Positions 1 through 10,136 of a stretch of 64,000 nt of DNA are shown here, in pieces. The translations under genes were made by a program, and so were the position numbers. The notes beneath the pieces were generated by a model. It did no database searches, was not told where the DNA came from, and saw only the letters and a list, made by a program, of their open reading frames with translations. Every line of letters begins with the position of its first letter. The stretch's first letter is position 1. The stretch is from Candidatus Anstonellales archaeon (GTDB lineage: Archaea; Micrarchaeota; Micrarchaeia; Anstonellales; J096), in contig JAWAFD010000002.1 of assembly GCA_038890745.1 (NCBI GenBank), positions 64,001 to 128,000 of the forward strand, in the 5' to 3' direction.

Positions 1-64
1 AAGAATATTCAAAACAGAGTATGTTGGAAAGGCAAAGGAGATTGTGGAGAAGGTGTGCAAATAG
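1..64 (+). CDS. 3' end of an upstream gene (partial), possibly adenylosuccinate lyase C-terminus
   Basis: Frame 2 reads RIFKTEYVGKAKEIVEKVCK* with TAG at 62-64; resembles the YxGxAxEIVExV tail of PurB, but is too short to be sure. Confidence 0.35.
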   Translation, partial: RIFKTEYVGKAKEIVEKVCK

Positions 65-96
65 TTTTTTAAACCTCATCTTCTAATTCTCTCTCT

Positions 97-912
97 ATGG
101 TTGAGATAAGCAACAAGCAACTTGCGTACGGCTCTCTAGTCATCGGATTGTTCGCAACCCTTGTCGCAATAGCGAGCGGAGGGGGGATATTCACAATGCT
201 AGGTGCTGCGATAGCCGGCATATCCACCCTTTCAGCCATTCTGTTTCTTAAATACGGTTATCTGATCGTCCCGCTTTTCACGCAGAAGGGAAACATCCTT
301 CTGGTTACGGATACTGGATACGAAATTCCGCCTAGCCAGGATGTTATTGTGAAAAAAGCGCCAAATGGGATCTTCTATGCTTCAGCCTACCTTGCGATAA
401 AAATATATGAATCCATGCTTGAAAAAACCGAAGAAGAGGTTACAAACTACTCAAAGTTTTTTGAAAGGGCGATCTCAAACATAAAATATGTTACAAAGGT
501 TTCATACCTTCTTTATGCTGAGGATATAAGCGAGAAGAGAAAGATACTTGAAACAAAAAAGGCAGAGGCGCAGTTGAGGCTTGCTAGGGAAAGGGAAAAG
601 TCAGAGCCTGATGTTCTTAAAATAGACAGGTATGAGAGGGAGGTTGCGATGTGGGCGGCCCAGCTTGATTCTCTTACAAAAGGAGTAAAACCAATGGGCG
701 TTGTTGCTTATGTCATGACCACCGCATCTGGTATAACAAAGGAGGAGGCGATCACAAAGGTAAAATCCCAAGCCTCTGAGCTGAAGGCAACCCTCTCAAA
801 TGCCTTGAATGTTGAAGTTGAGCCCCTTACAGCAGATGAAATGCTCAGGGTGGTTGAGTGGGAGAGGGCCCTACCCACAACACCAGAGGAGCTTGAGAAT
901 CAGGTAATCTAG
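97..912 (+). CDS. Membrane protein with two N-terminal TM helices and a coiled coil; candidate VirB4 N-terminal-domain-like partner
   Basis: 271 aa ORF, hydrophobic residues ~10-60, charged helix KRKILETKKAEAQLRLARERE; 7 bp upstream of the VirB4-like ATPase; TTTTTAAA element upstream. Confidence 0.7.
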   Translation: MVEISNKQLAYGSLVIGLFATLVAIASGGGIFTMLGAAIAGISTLSAILFLKYGYLIVPLFTQKGNILLVTDTGYEIPPSQDVIVKKAPNGIFYASAYLAIKIYESMLEKTEEEVTNYSKFFERAISNIKYVTKVSYLLYAEDISEKRKILETKKAEAQLRLAREREKSEPDVLKIDRYEREVAMWAAQLDSLTKGVKPMGVVAYVMTTASGITKEEAITKVKSQASELKATLSNALNVEVEPLTADEMLRVVEWERALPTTPEELENQVI

Positions 913-919
913 AATTAAG

Positions 920-2488
920 GTGAGAGGAGTGGGAAGACTCAGTGTGATGAAGGTTTCCAATGTTGCTATTGCGATGAGGAACATCCTTGTCCACCCACCC
1001 GAGCCACCCGGATACGTGCTTTTTAAAGACCCTACGAAATCGATATATGTAGGTAGAACAGCCATCCTCCACTCTCCTTTTTATTGGAGTTTTGAGGATG
1101 TAACAAACCCGCACATGGCAATTGTTGGAATTACCGGGAGCGGAAAAAGCTACTGGATAAAAACATACCTCATGAGGGCAAGCTTTGTGTGGAACTCGAA
1201 CGCGCTCATAATTGACTGGGCTGGAGAGTATAAAGATTGGGTATTGCAAACAGGTGGAAAGGTGATCGCACTCGCAAAAGGAAGTTACATAAACCTTCTT
1301 GACCTTGGAGGAATGAAGCCGTATGATAGGATAAAACAGATAATGAGAACGCTTGAGATACTCACGGATATTGGTCAGTATCCTGAGCAAAGAAGACTTA
1401 CTGAGGAGGCAATAGAGCAAGCGTATGTAAAAGCTAAATTTCGAATGGACAGCAGGGACCAGAGGGATGAGTTAGGAAGACAGCTCACCCCCCCAACGCT
1501 TAAGGATGTGGTGAGGATACTAGAGGAGCAGGCAGAGCTTGGAACGTATGAGTTTCCGGCAGAGTTGGAGAACGCAATCTATCGTTTGAAGCAATTCACA
1601 AGGCCGGGGGAGGACTATTTTGCTCAGCAGAGCACAATAAGTTTGGACGAGCTTACAAATTCCGGGCTCGTGAGCCTGGATTTAAGCGGCCTACCGGACG
1701 AGAGATTTAGAGCTCTCGGCGCTCTTAGTATTCTTCAATTCATAAAGGAAAAAATGCGCGCAACAGGATGGGCAAGGGAGAAAGGCATAAGGTTGATTGT
1801 TGTTCTGGATGAGGCGTGGAAGATCGCAAAAGAAGAGAACAGCGATGCGGTTATGATCGTCCGGGAAGGAAGAAAGTATAACTTTCAGCTGATCGTTGCG
1901 AGCCAGAACCCAACAGACATAAGCGAAAGCATATTCAGCAATGTGGGTACAACATTCATACTAAAAGTGAAGTTTGCCCAATTTTTGGATTACCTTCAAT
2001 CCACATTGAATTTCAGCAATTTCATGCGCGAGCAGATTTCCGGGTTCGGTGTTGGGCAGGCAGCAGTAAACCTTGCTTTCCACACAGCAGAAAAATACCC
2101 CTCCACATTCCTCCTTGAAAAGATTGCTGGAGAGGAGCCTTTAAAAGACCTTTTCCTTGATTTAAAAGATGTAGCCGGTGAAAACATGCCAAAAAGTATT
2201 CCGTTTAAAAGGGAGGAGCTTAGGGCTAGGTTGAGGGAGTTCGGGCTGAGCGAGGAAAAGGTGCAGGAGATAAGCCAGCTTTTTGACAAGAAAAGCAGGC
2301 ACATGGATGTCATAAGCTTTGTTATTCTGCTTGAACGGTATGGGGTTGAGAGAAGGGAGATAACATCATTCCTAAAAGAGCTGGGTGTTGATGATGCCAC
2401 AATAATAAACATTTTTACAAAAGCAGATTTCAAGAAAAACCAGATAGGCGATAGGGAAATAACGCAGGTAATATTGGAGGAGGATTAG
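920..2488 (+). CDS. VirB4/HerA-family (DUF87-like) P-loop ATPase
   Basis: Walker A NPHMAIVGITGSGKS, IIDWAGEY, Walker B VVLDEAW, REGRKY, ASQNPTD. True start may be GTG 929, after the AGGTGA RBS. Confidence 0.88.
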   Translation: MRGVGRLSVMKVSNVAIAMRNILVHPPEPPGYVLFKDPTKSIYVGRTAILHSPFYWSFEDVTNPHMAIVGITGSGKSYWIKTYLMRASFVWNSNALIIDWAGEYKDWVLQTGGKVIALAKGSYINLLDLGGMKPYDRIKQIMRTLEILTDIGQYPEQRRLTEEAIEQAYVKAKFRMDSRDQRDELGRQLTPPTLKDVVRILEEQAELGTYEFPAELENAIYRLKQFTRPGEDYFAQQSTISLDELTNSGLVSLDLSGLPDERFRALGALSILQFIKEKMRATGWAREKGIRLIVVLDEAWKIAKEENSDAVMIVREGRKYNFQLIVASQNPTDISESIFSNVGTTFILKVKFAQFLDYLQSTLNFSNFMREQISGFGVGQAAVNLAFHTAEKYPSTFLLEKIAGEEPLKDLFLDLKDVAGENMPKSIPFKREELRARLREFGLSEEKVQEISQLFDKKSRHMDVISFVILLERYGVERREITSFLKELGVDDATIINIFTKADFKKNQIGDREITQVILEED

Positions 2489-2890
2489 ATGGCGAAGATG
2501 TGTATTATTTGCGGGAATGAAATAAAGGGAAAAGATGCCTATAGGGTTAAGGAGGATATCGTGATAGAGTCGATTAGAAAGATAAAGAAAAAACTAAACA
2601 TGGCAAAGAACAATGAACTTTTTGTGTGCAGGGAGGATTATGAAAAATACAAAGAAAAGAGGAAGCAGTTTGAAAGAAACTTTACATTCGCTTCAGCGCT
2701 CGCAGCAGCCATCCTGCTGCTTCTTATAATAGTCCCGATTTTTTTTGGCTCCCTTCCAAGCATAGGCAGCATACTATTTGGTATTGTTGTTGGCATTTTC
2801 CTCATTTTCATGGCTCTCATCTCTTACCTCCCGGCTCTTGAGGAGGAGGTGGAGAGAATCGAGGGAGAGCAAAAAAAGAAAAAGCGGTGA
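2489..2890 (+). CDS. Small membrane protein with N-terminal Cys (Zn-binding-like) motif
   Basis: CIICG and VCRED motifs followed by two TM helices; abuts the ATPase stop. Confidence 0.7.
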   Translation: MAKMCIICGNEIKGKDAYRVKEDIVIESIRKIKKKLNMAKNNELFVCREDYEKYKEKRKQFERNFTFASALAAAILLLLIIVPIFFGSLPSIGSILFGIVVGIFLIFMALISYLPALEEEVERIEGEQKKKKR

Positions 2891-2894
2891 ATGA

Positions 2895-3641
2895 ATGGCA
2901 ATACCGGTAAAAACAGGAGAGGGTGAAAAGCCATCTACTCCTGATGTCGGTGCGCTGAGAATAAATGCCAAGCTCAATGTCAGCTTTGATGATGTAGAAA
3001 GGGCGATCCTTCCTGTTGAGAAGGGAGAGGTTGCAAAAACAAAAGAGGGGGTTTCCTTCGCTTATGTGGAAACAAGGGATTTGAACGGTGTTCCTATTTC
3101 ATTTTTTATAATAAATTTTAAGAAAGATGGAATGGACGTGCTTTACTCCATCCCTCAGAATACAACCCCATCAAAGAGGAAATGGGAGGTTACGAAAAAA
3201 CTTTTGACCATTCTGATGCTTCTAAGAGATGCCTACACGATAGACACGAAGGATATTATAGGGCTTGTGGATATGGTCATAAAAGATTTGGATGCATACG
3301 CCACGCAGGATTATGGCCGGCTTTATTCCGAATACGATAAACTGAAGAATGAAATAAAAAGGCTGAACAGAAAGGTTGTCGTTCTTTCCGAGGAAAACGA
3401 GCGCTTGGTTAAGGAAAACTACGAGCTGAACAGCAGGAATGATGAGCTGATCCTAAAGATAAAAAAACTTGAAACGCTTTCTCCGGAAACCTTGAGGGAA
3501 AGAATACAGGACTGGCTCAGGGAGCACAATGGTGAGATAAACATTGGGGAGTTTGCGAGAATATACAGCGTGCCTGAGGCTCTTGTTGAGGAGCAGCTTA
3601 ACAAACTCGTTAAAGAAGGATTCATAACCCCAATTCAGTAG
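2895..3641 (+). CDS. Hypothetical protein: coiled coil plus C-terminal winged helix
   Basis: Heptad region YDKLKNEIKRLNRKVVVLSEENERLVKENYEL; wHTH-like INIGEFARIYSVPEALVEEQLNKLVKEGFI. Confidence 0.7.
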   Translation: MAIPVKTGEGEKPSTPDVGALRINAKLNVSFDDVERAILPVEKGEVAKTKEGVSFAYVETRDLNGVPISFFIINFKKDGMDVLYSIPQNTTPSKRKWEVTKKLLTILMLLRDAYTIDTKDIIGLVDMVIKDLDAYATQDYGRLYSEYDKLKNEIKRLNRKVVVLSEENERLVKENYELNSRNDELILKIKKLETLSPETLRERIQDWLREHNGEINIGEFARIYSVPEALVEEQLNKLVKEGFITPIQ

Positions 3642-3648
3642 TGGTTTT

Positions 3649-6063
3649 ATGGCTGCGATAAAGAGAAGGCAATTCAAGTTTGAGGTTGAGAAGAAGTATA
3701 CGCATGTAAAAAGGTTTAAGGAGATAAAAAAATCAGAGCTTCAGCTTTTTCTAGAGGCGCTGTTTAAAAAAAAGGAAGAGAAAAAACCAGAATTACGGGA
3801 AGAGGAAAAAAAAGAGGAAAAACCATCAGCCGTGAAGATAATTGTGATTGGTTTGTTTGTATTCATCCTGATTCTCGCAGGAATAATTTTTTACATACTA
3901 AGCCTTCCACCTATTGTTCCTCCTGCTGAAGAGAAGATTCCGGCACACTTCATAAATGTTCTGAAGACTGGGACTGCCAGCTATGGTGCCGAATTCTCCC
4001 CAAGAACCGTTGCCTACTCAATAGTGGAGACAAACGCAACAAACATAAAACTTAACTTTTACACCTCCCCGGTTTCCAATCAAGTTTTCATACTTGAATG
4101 TGGTAAATACCAATCCCAGAATAACTATCCTTACTTTGAGGGTGTTTTGAAAAACTCTTTGGAAGAAAAAGGTTTTTCTGTTGGAAAAATAAGCGCAGAA
4201 GAAGCACTTTCTATCCCGGAAGGGGCGGTGGTAATCGCGCCCTGCGGAAAATTTCCAAAAGAGCTGATGGTGCCAGAATTTAGCAGTTTTGTCAGAAGAG
4301 GAAATACGTTTGTTTATATAGGATTAGAGCCGAATCAAGCAATAGATCTGGACGGTTCTTTGACCTCAGTTCCATCCTCTTTCTGGAAAACATTTAATAT
4401 AAATTTTGAAAGAGTTGGGATGACTTGCAACGCATCCTTAAAAGACCCTCTTTACAAGGCTGGGTCTCTTATAAGAGGGTGCATAAGCGTTGTGGATTAC
4501 GGAAAAGGAAGTATAATTTTTGTTCCGCAAGCTCTGGATGTTGGATGGGACAGCGGAACGCATGCTGCGGAAGATGTTGAGAAAATACTTTCCGGCACAG
4601 AATGGTTAAAACCTAAATATGAAAGTTCTTTCACAACGAATCAAACGAACATTCTTGTTTTTGTTGATTCTGAAAAAACCGGCTATCTAAAAGTCTATTC
4701 TACAGCAGATAAAGGTGAGCTTACGTACGCTGTTTTTAGGCAGATTTTTACCGATGTTGCCGGCGAACTCTATGTAAGCGAGGGACCTGCTGTTCTTTCA
4801 CCAACGCTCTCCGGCGCGCCCCTTAACTTCCACGCGTTCATAAACGATGGTGGGGAGCAGAGATCGCTTTTCTTAGATGTTGTGAATTTGCAGGGGGAGA
4901 ACGTAGAAAAAATTTCCTTAGGCGTCCACCCACTCTCTTCGGATTTCATATTCTCCTACACAGGCACCCTTCCGGAAGGCACATACCTTTGTGAGATAAA
5001 CGATGGGCAGAAGGCATACGCGAGAGGAATTTTTTCCATCTCTCCGATTGAGATAAAAACGCAGACAAATTTCATGGAATCGAAATACACATTCAGCTTT
5101 TTTGTGGGTGATAAAAAAGTTTCTCTTAGGAATGTTAAAATAAAATTCCGTGATAAAACATATCAGTATAGCAATGTAAATTCTGTTGAACTTGACTTGA
5201 ATAGAGAGTTTGGTGGGCCGACCCCCACTGGTTCGTATGATTTTATTTTCACAATAGGCGGGGAACAGAAAACAGTTACCGTTGTAAGGAGAGAAACAGG
5301 AGGACTTTCGACAATTTTTACTCCACTAAACATCCTTCTATTTTCCATCGCGCTGGCCATTGTAGCAATAGGAGTGTACTTCGCAAGGAAGGAGGAAGCT
5401 CCGTATGCGCTCGATATTCCGGCCTTCCCGCCAATAGAAAAAATAAAAATTCCAATAAAGAGAAAAGAGGTACTTGAAATATTCAAAAAAGTTAATGATT
5501 TCTACAAATGGAAATACACCCCGCTGAAGCTTTCTGAGATAAAGGGAGGGTTTAAGAGCATATACTACCAGGGGAAACCGATATACCTCAGCGACTACAA
5601 CCTCGAATTCATATTGGATAAGCTTGAGAGGAGAGGGGATGTGAAGAGCTATCTTGAATACTATGGGCTTACGGAATGGGAAAAGGAAAGCGGAAGAAGT
5701 ATTCCTGCGCTCTGCATGTTCAGGGCAATAAGGGATATATGTGTAGTGAACGCGATTCCGTTTAGCGATCTGGGAAGGGCAAAGGACTGTGATACGAAAT
5801 TAAAGGTTATCGGCCAGGATTTCTACATAAATTTCTACGAGAAGGGGAGGATGGCTGAGGTGATGAAGAATTCAACAGAGTGTGCGAAAAAAGGGGTTTC
5901 CATAATACTTTTTGGGAGTCAGGAGGAAAAGGAAAGTTTTATCCCATATGTATACTCCCCAAACAGGCTTTCTGGTATTTTAAAGTTTTATGTTGAAAGC
6001 GGGGATGTCCTCCTCCTTACTGTTGATGAGTTGAGGAAGAAAATAAAGGAAATAAAGGGATGA
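3649..6063 (+). CDS. Large membrane protein: N-terminal TM, ~470-aa predicted extracellular region, second TM, cytoplasmic C-terminal domain
   Basis: 804 aa; TM IIVIGLFVFILILAGIIFYIL and NILLFSIALAIVAIGVYFA; last gene of the 97-6063 run. Confidence 0.72.
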   Translation: MAAIKRRQFKFEVEKKYTHVKRFKEIKKSELQLFLEALFKKKEEKKPELREEEKKEEKPSAVKIIVIGLFVFILILAGIIFYILSLPPIVPPAEEKIPAHFINVLKTGTASYGAEFSPRTVAYSIVETNATNIKLNFYTSPVSNQVFILECGKYQSQNNYPYFEGVLKNSLEEKGFSVGKISAEEALSIPEGAVVIAPCGKFPKELMVPEFSSFVRRGNTFVYIGLEPNQAIDLDGSLTSVPSSFWKTFNINFERVGMTCNASLKDPLYKAGSLIRGCISVVDYGKGSIIFVPQALDVGWDSGTHAAEDVEKILSGTEWLKPKYESSFTTNQTNILVFVDSEKTGYLKVYSTADKGELTYAVFRQIFTDVAGELYVSEGPAVLSPTLSGAPLNFHAFINDGGEQRSLFLDVVNLQGENVEKISLGVHPLSSDFIFSYTGTLPEGTYLCEINDGQKAYARGIFSISPIEIKTQTNFMESKYTFSFFVGDKKVSLRNVKIKFRDKTYQYSNVNSVELDLNREFGGPTPTGSYDFIFTIGGEQKTVTVVRRETGGLSTIFTPLNILLFSIALAIVAIGVYFARKEEAPYALDIPAFPPIEKIKIPIKRKEVLEIFKKVNDFYKWKYTPLKLSEIKGGFKSIYYQGKPIYLSDYNLEFILDKLERRGDVKSYLEYYGLTEWEKESGRSIPALCMFRAIRDICVVNAIPFSDLGRAKDCDTKLKVIGQDFYINFYEKGRMAEVMKNSTECAKKGVSIILFGSQEEKESFIPYVYSPNRLSGILKFYVESGDVLLLTVDELRKKIKEIKG

Positions 6064-6065
6064 TT

Positions 6066-7193
6066 CTATTTTTTGAGGAGGGATTGGTAGAGTTCTATGT
6101 ATTTTTTCGCAACCTTTTTTATATCATACTCTTTCGCGGCATTTTTTGCATTCTCACCTATTTTTTTCTTGCATTCCAATGCTTGGATCACCTTTTCAGG
6201 GAATTCTTTCTCGTCCCTGAATAAAAATCCCGTTTCACCTTCTTTCACGAACTCTGCCGGTGCGGAGTTTGCCGGAACAACCGGAGCGCATCCGCATGCC
6301 ATACTTTCCAGAACGCTTAACCCTTGCGTATCAAACGAAGATGGGAATAGAAATGCCTTTGCTGAATTATAATACACAGGAAGCTCCTCATCCTCAACAA
6401 ACCCGGGCATCAAAACATTATCTTCAACCCCTAGCATCTTTATCTTGTTCCTTACATCATCCTCATAAGGCCCCTTTCCAACAAGAATGAATGTTGCTTT
6501 CTTTCTGTTTATCACAGAAGGAATGGAATCTATTATCAGGTCCACATTCTTTTCCTTCACTATTCTACCAACATAAAGTGCAAACGGCCCTCTTTTTCCG
6601 TTTATTTTTGCTTTCTTATTCTTTACCCTTGCGAATCTGTTATACTCTATTCCGTTTGGCATTACTACGCAATTTTCAATTCCGATCTCTCTTAGTGCAT
6701 TTTTCGCGTAGTTGCTTGGTGTGGTTACAACCCTAAACTGCTTGTAATACCATCTTAGATATTTTACAGCAACATCCTCCAGGATATTTTTTAGGCTCGG
6801 GTTCTGAGAGAGGTAATAGGTTGCTTTATGCACCATGGTATGAAAGGAAGCTATGGCCGGGATTTTTAATTTTTGTGAGCACTGGATAGCAGCAAGTCCA
6901 GTTGTTGCTATTCCATGGCTGTGTATAATGTCGATGTGCATCTCCTGCACCAATTTTACAGCAGAGATGAACGGAAATAGAGCAATCCGATAATCAGGGT
7001 AGGGTTTGAAAACAGCAGAGCTGAAATAATACACCCTTTTATCCTTATTCTCTTCCTTTTGTTTTTTTGTTCCCGGAGTAAACATAAAAACCTCATGCCC
7101 TTCTTTTTCGAGTTCATTCCTTAGGTTAAGCATCGCTGTAACCACACCATCCCTCTGCGGAAGATAGGTATCTGTGAAGAATGCTATTCTCAT
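6066..7193 (-). CDS. Glycosyltransferase family 4 (GT-B)
   Basis: MRIAFFTDTYLPQRDGV, YVGRIVKEKN, PSSFDTQGLSVLESMACG. Confidence 0.93.
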   Translation of the reverse strand: MRIAFFTDTYLPQRDGVVTAMLNLRNELEKEGHEVFMFTPGTKKQKEENKDKRVYYFSSAVFKPYPDYRIALFPFISAVKLVQEMHIDIIHSHGIATTGLAAIQCSQKLKIPAIASFHTMVHKATYYLSQNPSLKNILEDVAVKYLRWYYKQFRVVTTPSNYAKNALREIGIENCVVMPNGIEYNRFARVKNKKAKINGKRGPFALYVGRIVKEKNVDLIIDSIPSVINRKKATFILVGKGPYEDDVRNKIKMLGVEDNVLMPGFVEDEELPVYYNSAKAFLFPSSFDTQGLSVLESMACGCAPVVPANSAPAEFVKEGETGFLFRDEKEFPEKVIQALECKKKIGENAKNAAKEYDIKKVAKKYIELYQSLLKK

Positions 7194-8017
7194 CAGAGCG
7201 CCTCCATAAAATTTATTTTTGCATACTTATTCGGAATGGTGTTTGAGGTAATTATATAATCCGCTGAGCCTTCTATCCTTTGCAAACTATCCTTCAAAAA
7301 GAATGCATGCACGGTTGCGACCCCAACCTTTCTCGCACCTGCTTTTTTTACGTTTTCCAGAGCCCTAACCATCGTGCCGCCGGTACTTATCATATCATCA
7401 ATTATGAGTACATCCCTGCCCATTACTTCCTGCACACCTTCTACCTTTTCAATTTTCCTATACGCCTCCTTCCCTTTAACATACTCCCCTCTTACTTTTT
7501 TCATCGATTTCTCAGCCATGTATCCCGCTCCTTCATCAGGGCTTATTGTAATAAGGTTTTTTGAGAATTCTTCTTTTGCTTTTTCAATCAACTTCCCTCC
7601 AAGTGAAATGTTCTTGATTTTCATCCCTGCCCTTTCGTACTCTCCGCTCCCGGTTTTTATAAAATGACAATCAAATGTTATTATTTTTTCTACCCCGCTC
7701 TCTCTCAGCATGCTCAGCAAGATATCTATGCTCAGCGCTTCTCCTTCCAAAAATGTTTTATCCTGCCTTGAATACGGAAGGTATGGAATGACAGCGGCCT
7801 GTATTTTTGCACCCATTTTTCTCAGGGTTCTTGAGGCTAAGATTAGCTCAAAAATTCTTGAATTCTGCTCAGGCCAGAGCCTGGCATATATTGTTACTTC
7901 CTTTCCTTTGAATTTTTCCGGCTCAAGAATTCTCACGTAGCTGTCCCCATCCGGAAAGTTTTTTACTTCTATGTTTGGGTTTAGCAGGTCTGAGAAATTC
8001 GGCATTACGGCTTCCAT
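7193..8017 (-). CDS. prs: Ribose-phosphate pyrophosphokinase
   Basis: FPDGDSYVRI, PYLPYSRQDK, SPDEG, PRPP motif VLIIDDMISTGGTM. Confidence 0.93.
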   Translation of the reverse strand: MEAVMPNFSDLLNPNIEVKNFPDGDSYVRILEPEKFKGKEVTIYARLWPEQNSRIFELILASRTLRKMGAKIQAAVIPYLPYSRQDKTFLEGEALSIDILLSMLRESGVEKIITFDCHFIKTGSGEYERAGMKIKNISLGGKLIEKAKEEFSKNLITISPDEGAGYMAEKSMKKVRGEYVKGKEAYRKIEKVEGVQEVMGRDVLIIDDMISTGGTMVRALENVKKAGARKVGVATVHAFFLKDSLQRIEGSADYIITSNTIPNKYAKINFMEAL

Positions 8018-8133
8018 GTTTTTATACTAACCGAAAGGATTTAAATCTGTTTGGGGGCAGATCAGCTACTCTATTTAATAAGCGCAAGCCCAACCCCAAT
8101 TATTATCAGGAAATCCTTCCATATCGAACAGGT

Positions 8134-8562
8134 TTAGACGAGTTCTTCGGGTGCAAAAACCCTCTCGCAATATATGCACCTATACCTTTCCCCTTCCTTT
8201 TTGAAGTGCTTGTGCATCTCTTCATTATTCGTGATGCAGCTTGGGTTTGGGCAATGGCCTATCCTTAAATCATCGGGCATTTCAACGCTCTTTTTCTCAA
8301 CGACCTTTGAATCCCTTATTATGTTTATGGTTGTTTCTGGAGAAACGAGCGCAATTAGGTTCAGCTTTTCATCAGAAAGAAAAACACCCTCAATCTTTAC
8401 AATATCTTTCTTCCCAAGCTTTTTGCTCTTTACGTTTGAAAGAAGGGCTATGCTTCCCTCATGTTTCTCATCCAACCCAAGAAGCTTCAATATCTTTGTC
8501 CCTTTCCCGGCCCTTATATGGTCTATCACAGTTCCTTCCTTTATTGCCTCAACCTTAAGCAT
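8134..8562 (-). CDS. pyrI: Aspartate carbamoyltransferase regulatory chain
   Basis: VEAIKEGTVIDHI, CPNPSCIT and RCIYCE Zn site; overlaps pyrB. Confidence 0.96.
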   Translation of the reverse strand: MLKVEAIKEGTVIDHIRAGKGTKILKLLGLDEKHEGSIALLSNVKSKKLGKKDIVKIEGVFLSDEKLNLIALVSPETTINIIRDSKVVEKKSVEMPDDLRIGHCPNPSCITNNEEMHKHFKKEGERYRCIYCERVFAPEELV

Positions 8563-9460
8563 GTTCTCCCTCCAAAATATATTTTATCAATCCCATGCGA
8601 ACAGGAATCCCGTTTTTCGCCTGCTCAAAGTATTTTGCATGAGGGGTTTTGTCTATCTCCAAATCTATTTCATTGACCCTTGGAAGCGGATGCATTATTA
8701 TCATATCCTTCTTTGCATTCTTTATAGCTTCCTTTGTTATTCTGAATTTTTCCATTATCCTTTTCGCTTCAAGAGGGTCAGCAAACCTCTCCTGCTGTAT
8801 TCTTGTTACATAAAGAACATCATCCTTGCTGAAGTCCGGCTCATCCTCAACGCTTATTTTTGTGTTGAACTTTTTCTCAACCTCTTCTATAAAATCAACC
8901 GGAACCTCAAGCCCTGCTGGGGATGTGACAGCGATTTTTGCACCAAACATAGCGAGCGCGTATATTAAAGAATGCATTGTCCTCGCATGCTTCAGGTCGC
9001 CCATCATCCTTACATTCAGCCCTTTTATCGTTCCCTTCTCTTTTAGTATTGTATAAAGGTCTAGCATTGTTTGCGTGGGATGCTGGTTTCCTCCATCCCC
9101 ACCGTTTATTATGGATGCATCGGCAATCTCAGCAGCATATCGCGCAGCACCCTCATACTTATGTCTTATGACTATAATATCCGAATATCCATCAAGCATC
9201 CTCACAGTGTCTGCAAAGCTTTCCCCTTTTTTTACAGAACTAAGCTCGCTTATGAAATCAATGTACCTTAGCCCGAGCCTCAGGGATGCGCTCTGGAAAC
9301 TGAGCTTTGTCCTCGTCGAGGGTTCAAAGAACAGCGTTGCAACAACCCCATCAAGCTTTTCCACCCTACCGCTCTTCAACTGCCTATCCATTTCCTTTGC
9401 GATCTCAAAAATTTCTTCAAACATTTTTTTGTTTATATCACGAACAGATATTACATCCAT
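8555..9460 (-). CDS. pyrB: Aspartate carbamoyltransferase catalytic chain
   Basis: FFEPSTRT, HPTQTMLD, YVTRIQQERF, MHPLPRVNEI. Confidence 0.97.
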   Translation of the reverse strand: MDVISVRDINKKMFEEIFEIAKEMDRQLKSGRVEKLDGVVATLFFEPSTRTKLSFQSASLRLGLRYIDFISELSSVKKGESFADTVRMLDGYSDIIVIRHKYEGAARYAAEIADASIINGGDGGNQHPTQTMLDLYTILKEKGTIKGLNVRMMGDLKHARTMHSLIYALAMFGAKIAVTSPAGLEVPVDFIEEVEKKFNTKISVEDEPDFSKDDVLYVTRIQQERFADPLEAKRIMEKFRITKEAIKNAKKDMIIMHPLPRVNEIDLEIDKTPHAKYFEQAKNGIPVRMGLIKYILEGEHA

Positions 9461-9520
9461 AAAACCCCCTTGTTGAATTTGGCAAAAAAATATTTAAACC
9501 TTTTGAGGGAAGGGAATTCC

Positions 9521-10096
9521 ATGCTGATTGTTTTTGAGGGTATAGATGGATGCGGGAAGAATACGCACATCACCCTTCTTCAAGGGGAATATGATTTTGA
9601 GGTTTTAAAGTTTCCGCGAGAAAAATATTCCATACTCGGTGATTTTCTGCGCGGGAATGTTGAGATAAACAGAAAAGCGCTTTTCCTCCTTTTTCTTTCC
9701 GATATAACAGATGGGATATCTGAAATTTCAAAAATAAACAAGCCGGTGTTTTTGGACAGGTATTTTTTCTCAACGATTGCGTATGAGGTTGATGGAGTAG
9801 AGTATGAAACGGCAAAAAATATTGTAAACTCCCTTTCCCTTCCAAAACCGGATGGAGTTGTTCTGCTTGACATCCCACCTGAAATTTCGTATGAAAGGAA
9901 AGTTGCCCAAAAAGGATTGGACAGATACGAGAGGGACGTTGAATACCTTCGGAGGGTGAGAGGGAACTTTCTGAAACTTTACGAGGAAAAGTTCTATACT
10001 GAAAATTGGTTTTTGATAGATGGGAACCGGCCGATAATGGAAGTTTATAAGGATGTGAAAGAAGTAATAGAGAAACTTGGCATAAGAAAGGGTTAA
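9521..10096 (+). CDS. tmk: Thymidylate kinase
   Basis: MLIVFEGIDGCGK, LDRYFFSTIAY, PKPD; start moved to ATG 9521. Confidence 0.9.
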   Translation: MLIVFEGIDGCGKNTHITLLQGEYDFEVLKFPREKYSILGDFLRGNVEINRKALFLLFLSDITDGISEISKINKPVFLDRYFFSTIAYEVDGVEYETAKNIVNSLSLPKPDGVVLLDIPPEISYERKVAQKGLDRYERDVEYLRRVRGNFLKLYEEKFYTENWFLIDGNRPIMEVYKDVKEVIEKLGIRKG

Positions 10097-10136
10097 AAAA
10101 AGTTCCGCATAGTTTAAAAAATCTTCATTTCCATTT

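Noticed and set aside
920..2488. HerA-NurA repair operon or conjugative element
   Set aside because: No nurA, mre11, rad50, relaxase, VirD4 or integrase nearby
8018..8133. Possible small ncRNA (C/D box) between pyrI and prs
   Set aside because: CTGA motifs are present on the minus strand, but there is no convincing C box or stable stem; the prs promoter explains part of it
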